Shown one piece after another: positions 33,528 to 42,877 of a stretch of 63,648 bases of DNA (position 1 is the first letter of the stretch; every line of letters begins with the position of its first letter). The notes beneath the pieces were generated by a model. The model searched no databases. It was given only the letters and a program-made list of their open reading frames with translations, and was not told the origin of the DNA. Source of the stretch: Candidatus Dormiibacterota bacterium (GTDB lineage Bacteria; Chloroflexota; Dormibacteria; Aeolococcales; Aeolococcaceae); assembly GCA_003153125.1 (NCBI GenBank), contig PLWW01000083.1, positions 60,676 through 124,323 of the forward strand, in the 5' to 3' direction. A program made the position numbers and the translations under genes.

Positions 33528-34318
33528 CGACCGTCGAGACGTTCGCCTCCCGTCTCGCCTCGGCCGCCGCCGCCAGCGGTTCGCTGCTCTGCCTCGGTCT
33601 CGACCCCGACGGTATGGCCGACGCCGCCGCCGCCGAGCGGCAGTGCCATCAGCTCCTCGAGGCAACCCTCGACTGCGTGTGTGCGGTCAAGCCCAACCTC
33701 GCCTTCTTCGAGCAGTTCGGCAGCGCCGGGTACGCGGTGCTGGAGCGCCTCCGCGCCGCCGTTCCCAGCGACCGGCTGCTCATCTTGGACGGCAAGCGCA
33801 GCGACATCGCCAGCACCATGACCGCATACGCGGTCGCTCTTTTCGATGTGCTCGGCGCCGACGCGGTCACCGTCAACCCGCTCCTCGGCGGCGACAGCAT
33901 CGCCCCCATGCTGAATCGCCCCGGCCGCGGCGTCTTCGTGCTGGCGCGGACCAGCAACGCGGGCGCCGCCGACTTCCTCGACCGACCGCTCGGCCCCGGT
34001 GATGTGCCCCTCTACCAGCGCGTCGTCGATGAGGCGCTCGGCTGGGGCCCAGCCGGCGCGGTGGGCTTCGTCGTCGGGACCACCGCCCCCGACGCGGTCG
34101 CTGAAGTGCGCCGCCTGGCACCGTCAGCGCCGCTGTTGCTCCCGGGAGTGGGAGCCCAGGGCGGCGCGCTCGAAGCAGCGCTGGAGGCCGGCCTCGACGC
34201 CGACGGAGGCGGTGCGCTGGTGTCGGTCAGCCGGGGAATCGCCGCCGCTGAGGAGGGCGCCGCCGTTGCTGCACGCGACCTGCGCGACCGCATCAACGCG
34301 GTGCGCTCCGGGACCTGA
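33521..34318 (+). CDS. pyrF: Orotidine 5'-phosphate decarboxylase, type 2
   Basis: LCLGLDP, VKPNLAFFE, LILDGKRSDI, and GADAVTVNP. TTG 33521 is the only start near the homology onset. Confidence 0.85.
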   Translation: MVATVETFASRLASAAAASGSLLCLGLDPDGMADAAAAERQCHQLLEATLDCVCAVKPNLAFFEQFGSAGYAVLERLRAAVPSDRLLILDGKRSDIASTMTAYAVALFDVLGADAVTVNPLLGGDSIAPMLNRPGRGVFVLARTSNAGAADFLDRPLGPGDVPLYQRVVDEALGWGPAGAVGFVVGTTAPDAVAEVRRLAPSAPLLLPGVGAQGGALEAALEAGLDADGGGALVSVSRGIAAAEEGAAVAARDLRDRINAVRSGT

Positions 34319-34322
34319 CGGG

Positions 34323-35261
34323 GTGGGCCGCGTCGCCATCGTCGAGGACGGCAGGCACCTCGGCCATTTCTCCGAGGGGCACCCCGAGCGCCCGGATCGC
34401 GTGGAGACGATTCGCGCCCACCTCTCGTCGAGCCCGGCGATGCGCGCCTTGGCGCGGCTCCCCGCCGAGGCCGTCGACGACGACGTGTTGCTCCGTGTGC
34501 ACTCCCAGCAGCACCTCGACCGCGTCGCGGCGCTGTGTGCCGCCGGCGGTGGGAGCTTCGACCTTGACACATACGCGACCGCGTTCTCCGACAAGGCGGC
34601 GCGAATATCCGCGGGCGGGGCCGTACGTGCCGTCGACGCCGTCGTCGTCGAGGGCTTCGATGCCTCTTTCGCGGTGGTGCGCCCACCCGGGCACCACGCC
34701 ACCACCGGGAGCGCGATGGGCTTCTGCGTCTACAACAACGTCGCCGTCGCCGTCGAGCACGCCCGCGCCACCCTTGGGATCGCCCGCTGCGCCATCGTCG
34801 ACATCGACGTCCACCATGGCAACGGCAGCGAGGCCACCTTCTGGAACGATCCCGCCGTGCTGTACACGTCTCTCCACGAGTACCCGTTCTACCCAGGCAC
34901 CGGCGCCCTCGCTGACCGCGGTGGCCCGGGGGCGGAGGGCCTCACCGTCAACGTCCCGCTTGCCGCGGGGACGTCGGCGGCCACGTGGCTGCAGGGATTC
35001 GACGACGCTGTGCTCCCGGCGCTCCGCGCCTTCGAGCCCGAGCTCATCGTGGTCAGCTGTGGCTTCGACGCGCACCGCGACGATCCCCTCGCCGACCTGC
35101 GCCTCGACACAGCGACGTACGCCGCCGTCGCCGAGCGGCTGGCGTCGCTCACCGCGCTGCCCGCCGCCGGCCGAACGGTGTGGGTGCTGGAAGGCGGCTA
35201 CGACCTCGACGCCCTGACGGCGTCGACCCAGGCGGTGCTGGACGCGCTCATCGCAGCGTGA
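34323..35261 (+). CDS. Histone-deacetylase-family amidohydrolase (AcuC/Aph-like)
   Basis: VRPPGHHA, IVDIDVHHGNGS, GFDAHRDDPL, and EGGY. Confidence 0.87.
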   Translation: MGRVAIVEDGRHLGHFSEGHPERPDRVETIRAHLSSSPAMRALARLPAEAVDDDVLLRVHSQQHLDRVAALCAAGGGSFDLDTYATAFSDKAARISAGGAVRAVDAVVVEGFDASFAVVRPPGHHATTGSAMGFCVYNNVAVAVEHARATLGIARCAIVDIDVHHGNGSEATFWNDPAVLYTSLHEYPFYPGTGALADRGGPGAEGLTVNVPLAAGTSAATWLQGFDDAVLPALRAFEPELIVVSCGFDAHRDDPLADLRLDTATYAAVAERLASLTALPAAGRTVWVLEGGYDLDALTASTQAVLDALIAA

Positions 35262-35287
35262 CCACGGTGCGATACGGTGGCACCGCC

Positions 35288-36100
35288 ATGCGCATGCGTT
35301 GGATCCCGGTCGCGCTCGCCGTCGCCGTGCTGGCCGGCTGCGGCCCGGGCACCAGCGCACCGACGGGAATCGCCACCAATCCACCGGTGCAGGGCACCGC
35401 GTCGACAGGCGGGGCGACGCCCTCGGCGAACCCGGCCTCCGGCGTGCGGACCGTGCTCAGTACGCTGGGCCTCAACATCCGTGGGGCCCCGGCGCTCACC
35501 GGCCCCGTCCTGGGCACAGCCGCACAGGGAGCGCAGCTCAGTGTCGTCGGCCACACCGACCAGAACGGGGGCTGGTACCAGGTGCAGGGCCAGACGGTCA
35601 GCGGATGGATCACCGCCGACCCCTCGCTGAGCGCGGCCGGCCAGTTTCAGCAATACCAGTCGCAGGATCGCCAGTTCAGCGCGCTCTACCCGATGACCTG
35701 GACGTTCTCGGAGACAACGGCGGCGGCCCTTTTCCTCCCCATGACGGGCGCGCAGACGATCGTGGTCCGCAACGGGGCGCACACCGCCGACTTCGGGGCC
35801 GGAGGCGGTGCCGGCTTCGTCGGCTCCGGACAGCAGACCGTGGTGGTCTGCGGCGTCACCGGTGACCTCAACGCGTACGCCCACCAGGGCGCCGCGGCGC
35901 CCACGCCCGCGCCGGGCACGGCGGGGCCGCTGGCGTTCCTGGACCAGATCCGCCTCCGCCTCGACGCCACCCACGCACTGGCACTCGATTTCAACTACAG
36001 CGCCGCCGCGGACGTCGACGTGTTCAGCGCGTTCTACAACTCGATGACCTTCCCGTTCCCGCAGTGCCAGAAGCCGGCGCCATCAGCGTCGCCCACCTGA
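35288..36100 (+). CDS. Lipoprotein with bacterial SH3 domain
   Basis: MRMRWIPVALAVAVLAGCG (lipobox). LNIRGAPALTGPVLGTAAQGAQLSVVGHTDQNGGWYQVQGQTVSGWI is SH3b-like. Confidence 0.7.
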   Translation: MRMRWIPVALAVAVLAGCGPGTSAPTGIATNPPVQGTASTGGATPSANPASGVRTVLSTLGLNIRGAPALTGPVLGTAAQGAQLSVVGHTDQNGGWYQVQGQTVSGWITADPSLSAAGQFQQYQSQDRQFSALYPMTWTFSETTAAALFLPMTGAQTIVVRNGAHTADFGAGGGAGFVGSGQQTVVVCGVTGDLNAYAHQGAAAPTPAPGTAGPLAFLDQIRLRLDATHALALDFNYSAAADVDVFSAFYNSMTFPFPQCQKPAPSASPT

Positions 36101-36109
36101 GGCGGTCGA

Positions 36110-37087
36110 TCAGACGACCTGCTGGCCGATGCCGTGCGAAAGAAGGGTGCTGTGAGCGGCCGACATGCCCACCGCGCTGATCACCAGCATGGCGACGTAG
36201 GCGAGGCCGATGGCCGTGCGCACGTATGACGGGAGCGGTGGCGGATCGAGGCCGGCGTGGCTGCTGCGGAAGCGGCCGACGGTGCTGAAGATGCCGAAGA
36301 GCAGGATGATGATCAGGAACGGGTTGATGTTCGCGCCGCTCGCCCAGTAGCCGCCGATGAGCACCACGAGAACGCCGATCCCCGCCACGTTGGCCCACTT
36401 GGACACCGCGCTGGCGACCCGTCCGCCGTCCAGGGGCGACATGGGGATGAGGTTGAAGAGGTTGACCAGGCACCCCCAGTACGCGAGAGCCAGGAACAGG
36501 TAGCGGGTCTGCCCCTCGGGGAGCGCCAGCGCGAAGGCGTAGCAGAGTAGCGCCGCCGCCGTGCCCACCACCGGGCCGCCGATGGCGACGATCGCCTCCT
36601 GGCGCGCGTCGCGGAATCCGCGGGTGGTCACCACGGCGCCGAAGCCGAAGAGGAAGAAGGGGCTGGACACCGGGAGCTTCTGGGCGTGCGCGAAGATCAT
36701 GTGACCGCTCTCGTGGATGGCGATGAGCAGGAGTGCGCCCAGGCCGAACTGCCAGCCGAACAGGCCGATGTAGATGAGCAACGACAGTCCGAAGCTGATG
36801 AACGTGCCGCTCAGCTTGCCGAACTTGAGCAGGACGAAGCCGTATTTGAACGCCGCAGCAAGAGCGGCGAGGACGCCGCCGGCGAGGCCGCCGCGGCGCT
36901 GCTGGTTGCGGGCAGGGGCGCGGTGGATCGATGCGGGGGTGAGGGGTGCGGCCGGGCCGCCCTCGGCGCGCCAGCTGTAGCCGTCGCCGCTGGGGATCAG
37001 CGCGGCGGGTGGGGGAGGGGGCGCAGACGGCGGCGCCGCCCACCCGTAGCCGCCCGGCGTTCCCGCTGCCGGGATCTCGTCTGCCAT
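36110..37087 (-). CDS. Site-2 protease family (M50) membrane metalloprotease with Pro-rich N-terminus
   Basis: HESGH and NLIPMSPLDGG motifs; polytopic. Confidence 0.8.
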   Translation of the reverse strand: MADEIPAAGTPGGYGWAAPPSAPPPPPAALIPSGDGYSWRAEGGPAAPLTPASIHRAPARNQQRRGGLAGGVLAALAAAFKYGFVLLKFGKLSGTFISFGLSLLIYIGLFGWQFGLGALLLIAIHESGHMIFAHAQKLPVSSPFFLFGFGAVVTTRGFRDARQEAIVAIGGPVVGTAAALLCYAFALALPEGQTRYLFLALAYWGCLVNLFNLIPMSPLDGGRVASAVSKWANVAGIGVLVVLIGGYWASGANINPFLIIILLFGIFSTVGRFRSSHAGLDPPPLPSYVRTAIGLAYVAMLVISAVGMSAAHSTLLSHGIGQQVV

Positions 37088-37132
37088 GCGTTCATCATCG
37101 CACCGCCTCCCGGGACCGCCGACTCCTCAGTC

Positions 37133-37894
37133 TCAGCGGATGGCAACAAGCACGCGGTCGGCGAGGTGCTGCCAGAGCGTGTCCACCTCGGCAAAGCCTG
37201 CTTGGCGCAGCAACATGACGTGGGCAGCGAGGTCTGCCTGGTTCTCGTGGTCGGGATGGTCGTGGTGACGGAGGTTGCGCTCGGCGACCTCGGCGGCGAG
37301 ACCCGGGTCGGCGTCGACAGCCTCCCACCACTGCTCCCACGACTCGCTGGAGCCGCCCGCCGGCGCGCGGCGCCGGTTGCGAATGCTCAGGGCGGCGGCG
37401 GCGAGTCGCGGTTCTGTCGCCGGCAGGGCCATGCCGTCGCCGTTGACGAACACCCCTCCCGGTCGCAGGACGGTGCCGAGATGCCGGTACAGACCCGCGA
37501 GAGCATCGAGCTTGAGCCAGTGCAGGGCGGTGGCCGACACCGCGGCGTCGACCGGTCCCGCCGCCTGTGCGCTCCACCGTGAGCGCAGGTCGGCGTCGAG
37601 CCAGGACAACCGACCACCCATGTCGCCGAGGGCGTTGCGACCGATGGCCAGGAGCACGGGATCCATGTCGATGGCGGTGACGCGCGCCCCGGGCAGGCGT
37701 TCGATGATGCGGCGCGCCAGCGAACCGGGACCTGAACCGAGGTCGGCGACATGCGGCGCGGTGCCGCAGAGGTCCACCAGAACGTCGATCATGGCCGCGA
37801 ACCGCTCCTCGCGGTCGGGCATTTCGCGCCCCTGCTGTGCCTCCCAGCGGTCGAGCCACCTCGACCAGTCCGTCGCCGCCGTCTGATCAGTCAT
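37133..37894 (-). CDS. Class I SAM-dependent methyltransferase
   Basis: VADLGSGPGSLARRI (motif I) and VTAIDMDP. ATG 37894 (MTDQTAA); the ORF track start is 37954. Confidence 0.8.
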   Translation of the reverse strand: MTDQTAATDWSRWLDRWEAQQGREMPDREERFAAMIDVLVDLCGTAPHVADLGSGPGSLARRIIERLPGARVTAIDMDPVLLAIGRNALGDMGGRLSWLDADLRSRWSAQAAGPVDAAVSATALHWLKLDALAGLYRHLGTVLRPGGVFVNGDGMALPATEPRLAAAALSIRNRRRAPAGGSSESWEQWWEAVDADPGLAAEVAERNLRHHDHPDHENQADLAAHVMLLRQAGFAEVDTLWQHLADRVLVAIR

Positions 37895-37913
37895 GACCGG
37901 ACGTTCGCACACA

Positions 37914-37927
37914 CACGACGTGTCGTG
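37914..37927. promoter_or_regulatory. Palindrome in the 49-bp divergent methyltransferase/ligase promoter region
   Basis: CACGAC-GT-GTCGTG has perfect 6-bp arms and lies centrally between ATG 37894 (minus strand) and ATG 37944 (plus strand). Confidence 0.3.
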
Positions 37928-37943
37928 ACAGTATTCGACGCCC

Positions 37944-39191
37944 ATGCCTGCCACTCACGTGATCGGCCTGCTCCTCGGCGCCGAGGAGGACTGGCCGGCG
38001 GCGTTCGAGTCCCTGTTGGAGCGCGTCGCCCCATCCATCACGCAGGGTGGCGTGACCCACGAGTTCACGACGGAGCGGGTCACGATCGAGCCCTTCAACC
38101 TGCGCGCCGTGCCCCGCTATTCGCTGGTCATCGACCGTCTCGCCTGGTGGTACCACATGCCGCGCGAGTGGCTCAAGAAGGTGGCACTGATGAACGAGGT
38201 GCACCTTCTCAACAACCCATTCACATTCCAGTCGATGGAGAAGCACGCCGCCTACTGCGCGATGATGCGCCTCGGACTGCGCGTCCCCGAGACGTGGATG
38301 GTGCCCAACAAGGTGCCGCCGGACAATCCCCGTTTCGCCACCACGGCCGACCGATACGTGCGCCGCTTCGACCTCGAGGGCGTGGCGGACGCCGTCGGCA
38401 TGCCGCTGTACATGAAGCCGTTCGACGGCGGCGCCTGGGTGGGCGTGACCCGTATCGAGGACCATGCCGCCCTGCATCGCGCCTACGACGAGTCCGCCGA
38501 GCGGCTCATGCACCTGCAGGCCGCGGTTGAGGATTTCGACGTCTTCGCGCGCAGCCTCGGCATCGGCGCCGAGACGATGGTGATGCGCTTCAACCCGTCG
38601 CGGCCGATGCACTCGCGCTACTCGGTGGCGCACAACTTCCTCGATGACGACACCGGCACCGAGGTGGTCACCATCGCGCGTCTCGTCAACGCCTTCTTCC
38701 GGTGGGAGTTGAACAGCTGCGAGACGCTCCTCAAGGACGGGGTCGTGTATCCCATCGACTACGCCAACGCCACCCCCGACCTCGCGGTCACGAGCCTGCA
38801 CTACTACTTTCCCTGGGCCATCCGCACGCTTCTCAAGTGGGTCATCTTCTGCTGTGTCACCGGGCGGCGCCCCACCGTCGACCTCGACACCGAGAAGTAC
38901 TTCGAGATCGCCGACCGCGAGGGGCTGACCTACGGCGATCGACTCAACGAGTACAGGCGGCTGGCCGACCGCCAGCTCGACGTGGATCGCTACCAGGAGT
39001 TCTGCGCGCGCCACCTCGCCGACGTCGATGAGATCACCGTCGACTGGGTGGAGAGCGACGACTTCGACCGCCTGCTCATCAGGACGGTGATCTCGACCTA
39101 CCCCGAGCACGAGCGCGAGATGTTCCTCGGCCACTTCCGTGGCCTGCTCGGGCTCTGGGCACACGACCAGCGCGTGGCGGCGTCGGCGTAG
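37944..39191 (+). CDS. Atypical ATP-grasp-like ligase (family not identified)
   Basis: PLYMKPFDGGAWVGVTRI..., then MHLQAAV and YPIDYANATPD, an ATP-grasp-like order of blocks. The stop lies 2 nt before the GCS2 gene. Confidence 0.65.
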   Translation: MPATHVIGLLLGAEEDWPAAFESLLERVAPSITQGGVTHEFTTERVTIEPFNLRAVPRYSLVIDRLAWWYHMPREWLKKVALMNEVHLLNNPFTFQSMEKHAAYCAMMRLGLRVPETWMVPNKVPPDNPRFATTADRYVRRFDLEGVADAVGMPLYMKPFDGGAWVGVTRIEDHAALHRAYDESAERLMHLQAAVEDFDVFARSLGIGAETMVMRFNPSRPMHSRYSVAHNFLDDDTGTEVVTIARLVNAFFRWELNSCETLLKDGVVYPIDYANATPDLAVTSLHYYFPWAIRTLLKWVIFCCVTGRRPTVDLDTEKYFEIADREGLTYGDRLNEYRRLADRQLDVDRYQEFCARHLADVDEITVDWVESDDFDRLLIRTVISTYPEHEREMFLGHFRGLLGLWAHDQRVAASA

Positions 39192-39193
39192 CG

Positions 39194-40378
39194 GTGTCCA
39201 TCGATTTCGTGTCCAGTGCCGGGCCCAGCCTGGGAGTCGAGATGGAGCTGGCCATCATCGACCCGGGCTCGCGCGAACTCGTCAAGGGTGGCCACGAGTT
39301 GCTCATCGAGATGGGCGCGGGTCACGACGGCGGCATTCATCCGAAGGCCAAGGCCGAGCTCCTGCAATCCACGATCGAGATCATCACCGGCATCTGTCGG
39401 AACGTCGCGGAAGCGCGAGCCGACCTCGCCGCCACGCTCGAGGAGGTCACCGCGTACACAGAGCGCCGCGGCCTGCTGCTGATGTGTGCGGGGACGCACC
39501 CTTTCAGCAACCCCATGCTCCAGGAGATCACGCCCAACGACCGTTACCGGCGCCTGGTGGAAGAGATGCAGTGGCCGGCGCGGCAGATGCAGATCTTCGG
39601 TATCCACGTCCACGTCGGCGTGCGCAGCGGCGAGAAGGCGATCGCCATGGTCAACGCGCTGACCGCTTACATCCCGCATTTCCTGGCCCTGAGCGCCTCA
39701 AGCCCGTACTGGATGAGCCACGACACGGGGTTGGCGTCGACGCGGTCGAAGGTGTTCGAGGGGCTTCCGACCGCGGGGCCTCCATGGCAGCTCAGTGGCT
39801 GGGCACAGTTCGAGCGCTTCATGGACACGCTCATCGCAGCGCACACGATCGCCAGCATTCGCGAGGTGTGGTGGGACATCCGGCCCCACCCCGGGTTCGG
39901 CACGGTCGAGCTGCGCATCTGCGATGGCATGCCGACGCTGCGCGAGGTGGCGGTGGTTGCCGCGCTGAGCCAGTGCCTCGTGCACAGCATGGACACGCTC
40001 ATCGACCGCGGTCACACCCTGCCGGTGCCGCGCGCCTGGGTCGTGCGCGAGAACAAGTGGCGCGCCGCGCGCCACGGCATCGACGCCTCGATCATCACCG
40101 ACGACGACGGCACCACCGTGCCGCTCCGCGAGGCGATCCCCGAGCTTGTCGAGGAACTGATGCCCATCGCGCAGCATCTGGGATGCGCAGCCGAGCTCCG
40201 GGATACACTGACCATCATCGACCGCGGTCCGAGTTACATCAGGCAGCGTGAGGTGGTCGCGGACGGCGGCACGCTCATCGACGTCGTCGACACCCTTGTC
40301 GCCGAGCTGCGCAGTGCGTCGCCACTGCCGCGCCGCCTCCCATCGGCTGCGCCGGCCGCGAATGGTCAGCCGGCGTAG
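39194..40378 (+). CDS. Carboxylate-amine ligase, glutamate-cysteine ligase family 2 (YbdK-like)
   Basis: LGVEMELAIID, ELLQSTIEIITG, GTHPFS, RYRRLVEEMQWPARQMQIFGIHVHVGV. Confidence 0.9.
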   Translation: MSIDFVSSAGPSLGVEMELAIIDPGSRELVKGGHELLIEMGAGHDGGIHPKAKAELLQSTIEIITGICRNVAEARADLAATLEEVTAYTERRGLLLMCAGTHPFSNPMLQEITPNDRYRRLVEEMQWPARQMQIFGIHVHVGVRSGEKAIAMVNALTAYIPHFLALSASSPYWMSHDTGLASTRSKVFEGLPTAGPPWQLSGWAQFERFMDTLIAAHTIASIREVWWDIRPHPGFGTVELRICDGMPTLREVAVVAALSQCLVHSMDTLIDRGHTLPVPRAWVVRENKWRAARHGIDASIITDDDGTTVPLREAIPELVEELMPIAQHLGCAAELRDTLTIIDRGPSYIRQREVVADGGTLIDVVDTLVAELRSASPLPRRLPSAAPAANGQPA

Positions 40379-41586
40379 ATCTGCAGCTCTCCGGCGAAGC
40401 GATCGGCGATGCCGATGCATGCCGACAGCTCGGGGTGGCGCACGATGACCCACCCGTCGGAGAGCAGCGTCTGACGCCAGTCGCGGCGGGGCGAGCCCAC
40501 CGAGAGCAGGTCGACAGCGGCCACCCACTCGCCGAGCTCGCCGAGCAGCCGGCCCAGTCCCTCGATGGCGGTGATCCGCCCCTGTCCCTGCGCCCTCTTG
40601 CACACCGCCGCGCTGTTGAATGAGCGCGTGACCTCCTCGGTGAAGCCGCCGAGCACAACCGCCTCCGCCCAGCGTGTGTAGAGGTCGCTGTCACACGTGA
40701 AGTTCATGACGTCGACGGTGCGCGCTCCCGGCGGGCGCGCACCGATCTCGCCGAACACGACCTCGCCGTCTTGCCGGCGATACCACTCCATGTGGGTGAA
40801 GCCGTCGCGAAAGCCAAGCGCGCCCAACACCGCCCGGCCCATCGCCCGGCCGCCGGCGAGGTGTTCGACGCTGGGGTCGCGCAGCGCCAGCGTGATCGGG
40901 CTGATCCACTCCAACGAGCGCGCGATCAGCGGTCGCGGCCGATACCAGGAGATATTCTCGTAGAGGACCTGCCCGTCGGCGCAGATGGTGTCGAAGGTGA
41001 ACTCCTCGCCGTCGACGAATTCCTCCACGCTCACGTCGGCGACGTTGACGACCTCAGGCAGCACCGCCTCGAGGTCGGCGGCGCTGTCCACGCGGTAGGT
41101 GTGCGCGGACCCAGCGCCAGCGATGGGCTTGACGACGAGTGGGAAACCGATGTCCTCCGCAGCCTGGCGCACGCCGTTGACGGTGGCGGCGCGATGGTGA
41201 CGCGGGGTGCGGATCCCGGCGGCGTCGAGGACGCGCTTCATCTCCTCCTTGTCGCGGAAGGGGATCGTCTGCTCCACCGTCATGCCCGGCACGTCGAGCA
41301 TCTCGCGCAGGCGCGCGGCCAGCATCATGGTCGGCTCCCACAGCGACTCAACCTGGTCGATGCGAACGTGCGCGGCGTGCCGTCGCACGGCTTCGACGAT
41401 GCCGTGCTCATCGCCGAAGGAAGGCACCTGCCAGTAGGCGTCGAGGTTCTCCTGGGCCATGGCAGGAAGCGAGGTCGCCGGCTGGTCACCGACACCGACC
41501 ACACGCGCTCCGTTGGCGGCCAATCCGCGGACGAAGAACGGCATCTCCGCGGGGTACCCGGGCGAGATCAGGAGCACGGTACGCAC
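40366..41586 (-). CDS. ATP-grasp ligase, paralog 1 (L-amino-acid-ligase-like)
   Basis: FRDKEEMKRVL, PLVVKPIAGAGS, THMEWY, GEIGARPPG. GTG start lies 2 nt after the stop of paralog 2. Confidence 0.85.
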   Translation of the reverse strand: MRTVLLISPGYPAEMPFFVRGLAANGARVVGVGDQPATSLPAMAQENLDAYWQVPSFGDEHGIVEAVRRHAAHVRIDQVESLWEPTMMLAARLREMLDVPGMTVEQTIPFRDKEEMKRVLDAAGIRTPRHHRAATVNGVRQAAEDIGFPLVVKPIAGAGSAHTYRVDSAADLEAVLPEVVNVADVSVEEFVDGEEFTFDTICADGQVLYENISWYRPRPLIARSLEWISPITLALRDPSVEHLAGGRAMGRAVLGALGFRDGFTHMEWYRRQDGEVVFGEIGARPPGARTVDVMNFTCDSDLYTRWAEAVVLGGFTEEVTRSFNSAAVCKRAQGQGRITAIEGLGRLLGELGEWVAAVDLLSVGSPRRDWRQTLLSDGWVIVRHPELSACIGIADRFAGELQIYAG

Positions 41587-41588
41587 CG

Positions 41589-42815
41589 TCAGTCGTCGCT
41601 CATCTCGACGATGGCCACCTCGCTGATGCGGCGCAGCGCTGCCGCGACGGTGTCCGTGTCATCGCCACGGAGGATGACGTAGCCCTCACCCTCGTACGAC
41701 TCGCTGCGCGGCTGCCCCTCGTGAGGAAGACGCGCCTCCACCACCAGGTCGCCCAACTCATGCTGCAGCGTCTCGAGGCCGTGCACGCCACGGACCACCC
41801 CGTGTCCCTGACCGCGCAGGTACACGGCGCCCACCGCGTGGCGCCGCTGCGGCGGGTCGAACTCCCCGAGGATCTCCAGCCTCGCCCAGACCGTGTACAT
41901 GTCGGCGTCGTGCGCGTAGGAGAGCAGGGACGTGAACTGCGCGCCGGGTGGCCGCGCGGCCACCTCGGAGATGGCGATGCGCCCCTCATTGAGCAGGAAC
42001 CACTCCATGTGGCTGAAACCGCTGTCCATACCGAGCGCGCGCAGTGCGCGCGCGGCGCCGTCACGGATGGCGTCGAACTCGTGCCCGGCGATGGAGCGGG
42101 GGAGGAGCACCGCCCACTGGATCCACGGGTTCTGCAGCACCTCGAGCGGGGTGGGCTGATACCTCGAGATGGAGTGCCACGCCACCTCACCACCGACGCA
42201 GACGCTGTCGAAGCTGTGCTCGGCGCCGCTCACAAGCTCCTCGAGGAGCGCGGGTTCCGACGCCGTCGGCGGATCGACGCGAAGCCACGCCGCCAGCTGG
42301 TCGGCGCTGTCCACGCGGAAGGTGCCGTGCGCGCCTGCGCCCGCGGGCGGCTTGACCACCACCGGCAGGCCGAGCTGGTCGGTGATCGACGACGCCTGTC
42401 CCGCGGACGTGGCAACTCCGTGTCGAGCGCAGGGCACACCGTGGGCTGTGAACACGTCCTTCATCCGCGATTTGTCGCGGAAGTTGCGAGCCACCTCGGC
42501 GCCCATCCCGGGGAGGTGAAGCGCGTCGCGCACCTCACCGAGGGGCACCTGCAACTGCTCGAGCATGCCGACCAAGCGATCGACGCCGCCGAGGTGTCGC
42601 GCCAGGGCGCTGGTGGCGCCGGCGATCTGGGCGGCGTCGACGCCGTCGTCGACGCGCCAGTGCGCGGCCAGCTTGTTGCGGAGCGACTGAGGGAGCTTCT
42701 CCTCGGGGTCCTGGCTCACCACTGCCAGCCTCACCCCGGGCAGGGAGGCGGCCGCGTCGATGAAGCGCACCGTGGCGTCGAGCAGGAACGGCGCGACGAA
42801 CACGGCGGTGGGCAC
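41589..42815 (-). CDS. ATP-grasp ligase, paralog 2
   Basis: FRDKSRMKDVF, PVVVKPPAGAGA, SHMEWF, SEVAARPPG. GTG 42815 is chosen by N-terminal alignment to the paralogs (AVFVAPF vs VLLISPG/VIFIEPA). The ORF track TTG at 42878 would collide with the divergent gene's ATG. Confidence 0.8.
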   Translation of the reverse strand: MPTAVFVAPFLLDATVRFIDAAASLPGVRLAVVSQDPEEKLPQSLRNKLAAHWRVDDGVDAAQIAGATSALARHLGGVDRLVGMLEQLQVPLGEVRDALHLPGMGAEVARNFRDKSRMKDVFTAHGVPCARHGVATSAGQASSITDQLGLPVVVKPPAGAGAHGTFRVDSADQLAAWLRVDPPTASEPALLEELVSGAEHSFDSVCVGGEVAWHSISRYQPTPLEVLQNPWIQWAVLLPRSIAGHEFDAIRDGAARALRALGMDSGFSHMEWFLLNEGRIAISEVAARPPGAQFTSLLSYAHDADMYTVWARLEILGEFDPPQRRHAVGAVYLRGQGHGVVRGVHGLETLQHELGDLVVEARLPHEGQPRSESYEGEGYVILRGDDTDTVAAALRRISEVAIVEMSDD

Positions 42816-42877
42816 GACGGCACCATACAGGCCCGCGGGCACCGCCGCGACGACCGCGCCGGTAGGATCGAGCCGCA

